Positions 7,981-16,800 of a stretch of DNA of 32,000 nucleotides are shown in pieces; position 1 is the first letter of the stretch; every line of letters starts with the position of its first letter. Both the position numbers and the translations under genes were made by a program. The stretch lies in NCBI GenBank assembly GCA_025839675.1, contig CP104013.1, positions 4,800,001 through 4,832,000 on the forward strand, written 5' to 3'. The stretch comes from Candidatus Lokiarchaeum ossiferum (GTDB taxonomy: Archaea > Asgardarchaeota > Lokiarchaeia > Sigyniarchaeales > Promethearchaeaceae). The notes under the pieces were generated by a model. It worked only from the letters and a program-made list of their open reading frames with translations. It was not told the origin of the DNA and ran no database searches.

Positions 7981-9332
7981 ATCATCTTCAATCCTTTATC
8001 TATAAAACGATCCAATTTGTTTTGGCGATATCCATTAATTGTTAAGAATGGATCTGCTCTTTTTAAAACAACGCCCATGGAATGCAGTTGCTCTCGGGAT
8101 TTGATAGGGATTTTATGTCGTCTTAATTGCATGATTCGATTTGCTGATTTAATACCAATACCTGGAACCCGCAATAAATCTGCTTTTGAAGCTGTATTCG
8201 GGTCAATAAAACCCTTTTCTCCAAAATATTGATCCGCAAGAAACATCTTAGGATCTCCTTTTGGTAAATTATTTTCATTTGTTAAAATTGCTTTAATTTC
8301 CGGTAATTTGATATGGTAGAGTCGTAATAACCAATCTGTCTGGTACAAACGGTGTTCTCGCTCTAAAGGTGCTGCTTGTTGCTTTTCTAAGGGTGTTCCT
8401 TCTATGGGGGCAAATGCTGAGAAATATCCTCTCCGAAGATCAATTTCCTTATATTCCCAATCTAATCGTCTGAGAATATCATAGTCATTTTCCGATCCGG
8501 CCCCTAACACCATTTGGGTAGTCTGTCCGGAGTTCATGATTGGGGCGCCATCCCATCGAATTTTTTTATATCCAGTCGAACGTCGTTCAATTCCATGTTC
8601 ATCAATCCATCCATCTTCCAATGGATTTTGGGACTTTTTCGTTAAGGATATTGTTTTTTGGGGGAAATCATCAGCAAGATGATCTTGAATTTCCTTTTGA
8701 GCTTCTTGATTATGGCGAATTCGAATGGATTTAAGCCATTTTTGGCGGGAAAGAATGTCTGTATTGTAATTTTTTTGTTCGGCAATCTCAAGAAGATGTT
8801 GTTTGGTAGGAGCTTCCACATTCACCGAGATACGATCGGATAATTTGACTGCTTCCTTTAGTAGATATTGACTGGTTCCAGGAAGACATTTAAAGTGAAC
8901 ATATCCTTGAAACTTGTATTTAAACCGTAATAATTCTACTGTTTTAAGCATATCCTTGGTGGTTTCATCTGCATCTCCACAAATTCCAGATGACATAAAT
9001 AATCCTTCCAATACATTCATAGAATAAAGTTTCATAAAAGTTCGAGCATATTCCTCTGGTGTAAAGGACATTCTTTGCTTACAGACATTGTTAAAACAGT
9101 ATTTGCAATTATAAATACATTTATTTGTAAATAACACTTTGAAAAGGGACACACATCGCCCATCAGGAGTGTAGGAATGACATACACCCGATGCTATGGT
9201 AGATCCGATCCAATCATTCCCTTTTCCAAATAAATTTGGAGCTACTTCGGATCGACTGCTTGATGTACTCGCACAAATGTCATATTTTCCATTTTCCCCC
9301 AAAACTCGAATTTTTTCTAAGGTCGAAGGCAT
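7974..9332 (-). CDS. radical SAM protein with C-terminal helix-hairpin-helix (TIGR03916-like putative DNA modification/repair radical SAM protein)
   Basis: CxxxCxxC cluster motif CIYNCKYC near the N-terminus. C-terminal HhH LLRVPGIGIKSANRIMQLR. It has a 7-nt overlap with the DUF4130 gene, the partner this family is typically found beside. Confidence 0.75.
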   Translation of the reverse strand: MPSTLEKIRVLGENGKYDICASTSSSRSEVAPNLFGKGNDWIGSTIASGVCHSYTPDGRCVSLFKVLFTNKCIYNCKYCFNNVCKQRMSFTPEEYARTFMKLYSMNVLEGLFMSSGICGDADETTKDMLKTVELLRFKYKFQGYVHFKCLPGTSQYLLKEAVKLSDRISVNVEAPTKQHLLEIAEQKNYNTDILSRQKWLKSIRIRHNQEAQKEIQDHLADDFPQKTISLTKKSQNPLEDGWIDEHGIERRSTGYKKIRWDGAPIMNSGQTTQMVLGAGSENDYDILRRLDWEYKEIDLRRGYFSAFAPIEGTPLEKQQAAPLEREHRLYQTDWLLRLYHIKLPEIKAILTNENNLPKGDPKMFLADQYFGEKGFIDPNTASKADLLRVPGIGIKSANRIMQLRRHKIPIKSREQLHSMGVVLKRADPFLTINGYRQNKLDRFIDKGLKMIC

Positions 9333-9578
9333 TTATATCCCATTCCAAAAAACCATCTCCCTTCATATTGAAATGAATATGGTGACGATGTTTTTGTATA
9401 TTAAGTTCCGCTTCGTATAAATCCCTCAAGACCCCAATGACTTAGTAATTTGAATGTGGTTTTATCAGATGTTTTTTTCTTGTGAAATTGTTATTGTAAT
9501 TTTCGGGTCATAATATCTCCATGTTATTTTGATGATAACTCGATCTTAACACCCTTCAATAAGACAAAATCTCTGTGT

Positions 9579-9884
9579 ATGCATAGGTCTTCCTTCTCTG
9601 GTGTCATTATGTCCACAACCAAAACAACTCCGCACATTCAAATCTCCCAGCTCGAATTACCCTTAAAACAAAATTTGTCTGAAATTGAACACTTTCTTTC
9701 CCAAGGTCAAGTCTTATTCATCCAAACAGGGAAATATTTTGCTCATTATCAAGATGATGTGCTAAAGTTAAAGGATACAATGGATCAATTAAAAAAGATT
9801 TGTATTCGACGGGGGGGATCCATGGGAAGAGTAGGCGAAAACATTCTCATTATCACACCTCACAAAAACTTTAAACTCGGTTAA
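9579..9884 (+). CDS. SepF-like (DUF552) cell-division protein, short form
   Basis: The core pattern SEIEHFLSQGQVLFIQTG...LKDTMDQLKKICIRRGGSMGRVGENILIITPHKNFKL matches the archaeal SepF layout as I recall it (ikd.v..G.iv..di......l.dlk..a.e.gGdi..ig.d.iiitP..v.i). An alternative start is ATG 9609 (MSTTKTT). T6 run directly after the stop. Confidence 0.5.
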   Translation: MHRSSFSGVIMSTTKTTPHIQISQLELPLKQNLSEIEHFLSQGQVLFIQTGKYFAHYQDDVLKLKDTMDQLKKICIRRGGSMGRVGENILIITPHKNFKLG

Positions 9885-10095
9885 TTTTTTCCTGAATTCT
9901 GTGATACAATGTTTTTCTCAAGTTTAATTATACCTTAGCGGTGAATATCTATTGATTTCTTTCCTTGTCATAATTTTCCTCAAAATTAACAAAGAATCAT
10001 TTAATTGTCTATTAAATTTCAAGAGAGAGTAAAAGGGAGAAAAAAGGTATGTCTTTGACAAAATGTAACGTGATTTTTCGTTGAAGAAAAAAGAA

Positions 10096-10347
10096 CTAAT
10101 GCTTCTTAGTATGCTTACCTTTAATTTTGCGTTTGAACATTTCGTCGCGACCATTACGTCGTTTATTGCCATAAAAGGCTCGGATTTTAACCATCCAGTT
10201 GTAATGTCGAATTTTTGAAGTTTTTCCATAACCACAAGAGGCACAGAATCCTTTTCGTTTGAAATAACTATGACTTCCGCATCGTCTGCAGATTGTATGT
10301 GTTGCGCCTTTATTGTGCTTACCGAAGGCTGCTGTTCCTTTACCCAT
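10096..10347 (-). CDS. rpl37e: 50S ribosomal protein L37e (with basic C-terminal extension)
   Basis: [51 protein letters not shown] is the canonical L37e N-terminus with a CxxC-x11-CxxC zinc ribbon. It starts 1 nt after the Sm gene stop, the conserved archaeal Sm-L37e pair. Confidence 0.9.
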   Translation of the reverse strand: MGKGTAAFGKHNKGATHTICRRCGSHSYFKRKGFCASCGYGKTSKIRHYNWMVKIRAFYGNKRRNGRDEMFKRKIKGKHTKKH

Positions 10348-10348
10348 T

Positions 10349-10600
10349 TTATATCACTGAACTTAATGCTATAATAGAATCGCCACGTAATAGAATTGGA
10401 CCGGAATATTTTTCGTGTTCCACTAAATTGCCCGATTCTTCATCTTGTTTATACTCGATAGCATTTTCCAAAAGAACATTAGAGTACTGATCAAAGGAAG
10501 CTAAAGTACCTTTCAAAAAGGTTCGGTAGAGCCGAATCTTGACAGTTACTTCTTTATCAAGCATATTTTTCAAGTTTAATCGTAAAGATGGATTTCGCAT
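10349..10600 (-). CDS. Sm-like archaeal protein (SmAP/LSm)
   Basis: Sm1/Sm2 fold signature: [37 protein letters not shown]...[12 protein letters not shown] place the start at the internal ATG 10598-10600 (84 aa). The 117-aa ORF-track version (to 10702) adds an unlikely Pro/Phe-rich extension. Confidence 0.8.
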   Translation of the reverse strand: MRNPSLRLNLKNMLDKEVTVKIRLYRTFLKGTLASFDQYSNVLLENAIEYKQDEESGNLVEHEKYSGPILLRGDSIIALSSVI

Positions 10601-10829
10601 GCGATTCTCAACTGAGGTAAAAAAAGCGGGATTTAATTTATTTTTTTCGTTTTCTTGCCTCTTCGGTGCAAAAAAACTCGGAAAGGGAGGTAAGAAAATC
10701 AAAAATTATATATTGGATAAATCGAAGCCCCTTGATTTCTTGATGGAAGCTATTAAAGATATTTTGTGTTTGCTCGTTCAAAATTTTTTTGATTTTATTG
10801 GAAATATGTGATTATTTGGAAAAGGGTTT

Positions 10830-10857
10830 AAAAAAAGGGGAAGAATACTCATTCCCG
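10830..10857 (-). terminator. candidate terminator of the giant-protein operon (short hairpin + T7)
   Basis: On the minus strand, just after the stop at 10872: GGGAA-tgagtattc-TTCCC (5-bp stem), followed immediately by a T7 run (10830-10836). Confidence 0.4.
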
Positions 10858-10871
10858 GGTGTTTGTTTTGT

Positions 10872-13800
10872 TTATTGTTTGGCTTTACGTCGTTTTTTGA
10901 TGATAAGGAACTCGGGTATTACTAATGTCATACCAATTGGGATCCAGAAAAGACCCACATCTTCATACCAGTGAGAAATAGTTTCTCCAAATTCTGATGC
11001 AAAACTTTTCAAAGGAATTGTGTCAGTCGCCGAAACAATATGGATATTATTCTCAAATAAGTATGTCACATCGAATTCCCCTCCATCTGAGGTGAATTGT
11101 CCGAGCATTGGTCTACTTATCCGACTTGATCCAACATAATGCCATTTTAGTTTTGAAGTTGCACCGTCAATGATGTTTAAGTAGTTATAATTTGTATAAA
11201 CTAAATCATTTGTTCCATCATCATCCATATCCTTAACTATCATGTAGGAATTAACCGCACTCACCATGAGTGGAGCATTGAATCGCCAGACTTCCGTACC
11301 GACATTGTTGTAGGCAACAACACCTTCTCTTTCGAGATTGAGGATTAATTCATCATAGCCATTACTTTGATAGATATCTCCTGCCATGAAACTCCGAAGT
11401 GATGTATCTGCAGCATAAGTGACTGATACTGTATTATGTGATATGATATCAAACATGGTAATAGTCCGATCATAACGATAGGCAATACTTGAATAGGAAG
11501 AAGAAGTGTAATGGAAATTTCCTACGACCATATCCCAAATATTGTTTCCCGTGTTGTGGGTCCAAATATGAGATCCATCTCCGCCTTCAACAAAATATAT
11601 ATCATCATTGTCTCCACCGAAAGCAACATCGAGAGTAGTTAAATCATTGAAGTAACCTACTACAATTTTGTTATTATTGTCATAGATTGTATCCTCACTT
11701 TTATACAATGAATTTCCATCATTGTCATACCATTCAAGATAAGATTCTGTTCCACTACTCTTTTCAAATAGAATAACACATTCATCACCAGGATTTTCAG
11801 AATCTGTATTAAATTCTCCAAAGTAATAATCAGCAATATCATAACCCGTTGGAGCAGAAATAGTGGCGATTGTTTTACCCGAATCTCCATCTAAATATAA
11901 TAGTTCAAATTCTCCATCGGTTTTATTCTCAAAACTAACCGCAAAATCCAAATTTCCATCTTGATTTAAATCGGCAAATTTAACATTACGGATTGTTTTC
12001 TTATATTGAACGCTTATTATTACAGAAGGTTCACTTGTCCATAAATTCAAGTTCATTCCGTCGTTTATTACCAAAATTTCATCAATTCCAGGGGTGGAAG
12101 GGTCAATATCTTCGATATAATATTGGTCAATTTTATCCCCATTGGTCTCGAAATCAAGGTATAGTTGATGAGGATCAAATCCAGCAGGAGCATGTTTGGA
12201 ATATCTATCAGTAGAATCATACACATTGATATATTCAAGATCGTTCCAAGATGCGATTAAATCAAAAGGACCATTACGCTTAAGGGATACTACGGCTCTA
12301 TTTAGTGAGTTTGTTTTGTTAAACCACATAGCCATTCCACTCTTTCCATCAACAGCAACAGTATATCCATCATCTCCAACAACTATTACATCAAATAAAC
12401 CATTTCCTCCAAATTTTCCAATCGTTATATCTTTGATTGTAAATGTTGGGGAATAATTCCATTGAGTTGCTCCACCTTCTAAATCCTCCAAGAATATTCC
12501 ATTGGATTCTGTCTGGGCCAAGACTTCTAATCCTCCATCTCCATCAAAATCTTCAAGATATATTTTTGGACCGATTTTTCCGAAGTAGGTCGAGTTATGC
12601 AAATAATAACTATTATTTACATCGATGACATGAATCGCATCTCCACCAACAATCAGTTCCTCGAATCCATCTTCATTCAAGTCAATAGGGATCATTTCAT
12701 ACCTTCGTCCGCTATTAGAATTCATAACTCCTTCAGAAGTTTCAAAAATTAATGATCCATCAGTGATATTTATGACTGACACTCTTCCATATTGTTCTGA
12801 AATTGCCAATGATGAAACATTTGCATTGTTATAATATCCTGTTTGCATTGAATAGATGCTATATGTACAAACATCTTGTAGATCATCAATTTCTGTGCCA
12901 TTATAGTCCAAAATTTGAATATCGTTTTCATATGCCAATAAGAATTCCATATATCCATCATTATTAATGTCAGCAATATGCCATACTGGAGTGTAATGAG
13001 TAGATGGTTTGGTCCAAATAACTGATCCATTTAAAGCACTAACCACTACAATTTCATCACTTTCATGATGTTTGAAACAAATTTCCAAATATCCATCAGA
13101 ATTTAAGTCAACCACGTCCATGGTCAATGTGTGAGTTCCTGATCCAAAAGAATCTGCCCACAATAGACTTCCATCTTTCTTTAATACGGTCACTTGCTTT
13201 CCTTGCGTAGAAATTGTAATTATTTCATCATTACCATCACCATCCACATCAACACTTTTCATCAAGTCAGAATCGGGAACGTAGTTGATGTCATAATACC
13301 AAGCGCGTTCTGAATTATATAATTCCACTGGGCCTTCTGAAGGATCCCGAAATTCGTAGAAAAATACATTTCCGCGTTTAGTTGCGACGGCAATTTCCTC
13401 AAATCCATTACTTTTTGTATCATACACTGTTAAACCTGTGAAATCATTCTCATACTTCGGTGAAAGCCAAGTTTCTTCATAGGTCATGAAATCCGTTCCA
13501 TCAGTAGAAGATTTCATTTCATAAACTCCAACTTGATCTTCCCAACCCGCGATAACTTCACGACGACCATCAGAATCAGTATCACCAACATCTAGATCCA
13601 ATACTCTTAGTAGTTGATTAGCGGTCCAATCTGATTGTGGATTAATTCCATAACTTTGAACTCCTGCCCAATCAAATTGATCTCCGATCCATGACCAATC
13701 AAAGACATCTACTGTCCAAACGAGCGTATACATAAAACCTTCTCCATCCATTCCTACTATTGTTGGTGAAAATACTCTTGGATTAAAATAGCTCCAAGAT

Positions 13801-16800
13801 GTATAGCCATACTCTGGATATTCCGTTCTAACTAAATCCGGTGGTATGGTGTTTAATGTGTGTTCTCGTCCCCAAGTCATTCCTAGATCAGAACTCGCAA
13901 TAATTCCTATTCGATCCTCATAGGGGACCCCAACATTTTCATAAACTACAATAAGAGACTCATCATCTGATTTTAAAGTATCAATTTCTGGAAAAACTTC
14001 ATCTGTGTATGAATCAGTTATTTGTCTTGCAATTGAATCAGAAAAACCTGATGAATCCCATTGAAGTAAATAAATATCATGATCTGGTTTTCCATTTTTA
14101 GCTGTAAGGGCTGAGAAAACAGTTGCATAGCTTCCATCCGATAATGTTGTTGTTGAAGTTGATTGAATGTCAAAATCAGCATATCCATCAAAAAATAATA
14201 TTCCACTACCTGCATAAGATAAAGTTGATGAAATATCCATTGAGAATGCACCAATCCAGCTTCCCGATCCTAAATAATCATAATCGGCTCTAAATGTAAT
14301 TCCAATATAATCAGAATCCATTTGAAATAAGCTTGGATAATGGAGTAAATCATTTGTGTTCAACGCACCTATTCCTACTGGTGTGTTCCATAGACCCGTT
14401 CCAGTATTCAATTCTGATGCCCAGAATTGTGTATCTCCAATGTTAGTTACGATTTTCCAAACAGCAAAAATTCGACCTGTTGTTGTACATGTAATCGTTG
14501 GTTCGCATTCATATATGAAAGATGCATAGGATGAATCTGGCATCACTTGTTTTGGAACTTCCCATTCTTCAGTACCCTTATTATAACGTTTCCACCAAAG
14601 GTCTGACTTGTTGTTATAAATTTGTAGAATGAAATTACTATACGGTCCACTTTCACAGTTCACCGCATCGCTTCGATATTCATTTTTAAGCCACAAATAC
14701 TCGGTTGTGCTGGGTGCGTAAGTTTCATCCAATTCGATGACTGGGTAATTGGGGGAACTAGTTACATATTCGATTTTTTGATATTCAGAATCTGTTGAAG
14801 GAATATGTTCCCAAATATCAAAACCTTGACTATGACCTATGATTATTTCTTGAGACCAATCATAATCCTGATCATCTAGTTTGATAATTGTAATTGGATT
14901 CCAGTAAACAACTTCACGGGGTGCATTCCAAACCTCATAGAATGTACCACCTTGGCATTCATAAATATTTACAAAACCGTTTTTTCGAATAGCACGTGTA
15001 TCATTGATACCACCTAATATAAGTTCCTTGTATCCATCTTGATCAGTATCTCCCGATGCGAGTGTGTCAATCCAAAAATATTTAAAATTGCTGTCTGCAA
15101 TTGGATTACCAACTAAATCATATCTACCTTCCAAGCTCTTGCTTGTAACAAAGTATTCTTGATCCTCAATCCCTTCATAATTATTTTCGGGGACATTATA
15201 AACAAATAAATAGGGTCCTGCAGCCAATATCAATTCTCTTTGGCCATTATAATCAAGATCATCACCATTAATTAATGCGGTGATCTCAGTTACTTGATCC
15301 CAACCTGATTGGCCAACAAATTCTGAGTCCCAGAGATCAATTGAGTAAATAAATTGCATCTCATCTCCTCCAGTTAATCCCCTATCTTCAAATACATAGG
15401 CTTTTAGATTTGCTGTCACTATCATTTCTTTTAATCCATCCTGATCTAAATCAACATCAGCTAGAAGATTTGTCGCATGATCCCAAATCGTTCGAGTAAA
15501 TTCACCAGATATTCCTTCCAAATCTTGATATAAATAGGGACTTTCTGTTGTACTTTCTTCATGGGTCAAATCAAAAGTTTTATACATCCGTTTATAATTA
15601 TTTTCCACTAAGTTTTCAAATAGATAGACATTGTTATCATAATCACCAACAATTATTTCTCCTTTTCCATCTCCATCAGTATCTGCAGATGTAATTGATA
15701 ACGTCCAATCTTTGAGATCCTCTTCAGTACTCCATGATTCAAGAACATGGTAACCAAAATTCATGAAGTTTGTATCTCCACTATCAAGGAGACTGAATTC
15801 CGTTCTGATAACTTCTGGATAGGATGCTACTATATAACTGTCGATTGCATCATATACTGGTTCTGCCCAGTGTGTGGTATGCGTTTCATTATTATATGTA
15901 ACCATTAAAAACTCTGGATCATCATAATCGTATAAATTTGAATAGATATCATATGTTGAACCCGTACCTACTGGAATAATTCTTGTATCTGTCATTCCCA
16001 AAAATTTTAAATTCGTTTCAGGGCGAGTATTTGAAAATATTCGTTTATCTTGTCTCCAAATAGGCTTGTCCTTAGTTCCGTGATTCAAGAATGCTGTGGA
16101 TCCATTTTTATTGGCGTAACTTAAAATTAAGTCCAAATCGTCATCTTTATCTAAATCGAAAAGTTCTGGTTGGCCCCATGCATTGGATTTTAATTCACTG
16201 TTCACATCTGCAAAGTAATCATGAATAAGGGTGAAATTCATAGTTTCCGTTTCAACCCAAAGATTTTTTGCCAAATATAAACGACCATTGGTGAAAATTA
16301 AATCTTGATCTCCATCTCCGTCGATATCATCAAAGACCATTTTTGGAGTGGTTTTTGACATTCCAACTAGTGCAGTGATTTCTCCAGTTAAATCATAATA
16401 ATTGATATTCCTTCTTAGCGAAAATGGATCACTGAAACCTCCTCGAAACCAGAAATTCAATTCTGCGTTATATGTATCTACATCGTTACCATAAGGTTCG
16501 ATATCTGGGCTGTATGATGCTACGGCGAGAAATGGTAGTGGACTCCCTGTGGCTGGAATTAAGGGGACTTCTACAGATACGAAAGGTTTATCTTTTATTG
16601 CTAAGTAGTTATTGATATCATTAAGATAGGCTTGAACTGTTGAATCTGGCAAGTTCGGAAAAGCTTCATAGGCAAATATTTCTGATTGCTGGGTTCCTAC
16701 GAAGTAATTTGGTGCATCAAAATATGGATTAATATTTCCAAAAGTCCATGAGTTATAGTCTCCCGAAAGTGGTGGCAAAGGCATTGGAACATAATTGGTT

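Noticed and set aside
9530-9535. TGATGA (C-box-like) in the intergenic region upstream of the SepF-like gene, and a similar ATGATGA near 2073, as possible C/D-box sRNAs.
   Set aside because: No CTGA D/D' box at the required spacing and no terminal stem. TGATGA is expected by chance in AT-rich DNA.
9924-10244. 106-aa minus-strand ORF overlapping the 3' half of the L37e gene.
   Set aside because: It is out of frame with an unmistakable ribosomal protein gene, has low-complexity sequence, and most of it lies in the convergent intergenic spacer.
10601-10702. N-terminal 34-residue extension of the Sm-like ORF (MIFLPPFPSFFAPKRQENEK...).
   Set aside because: SmAPs are about 70-90 aa, and the internal ATG at 10600 gives a canonical length. 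The extension would overlap the AT-rich promoter-like region and looks non-protein-like.
10872-10955. The 'PEF' tripeptide in the C-terminal helix of the FG-GAP protein as a PEF-CTERM archaeosortase signal.
   Set aside because: In PEF-CTERM domains the tripeptide precedes the TM helix. Here it sits at the cytoplasmic end of the helix, only 3 residues before the basic tail, so the geometry does not fit.
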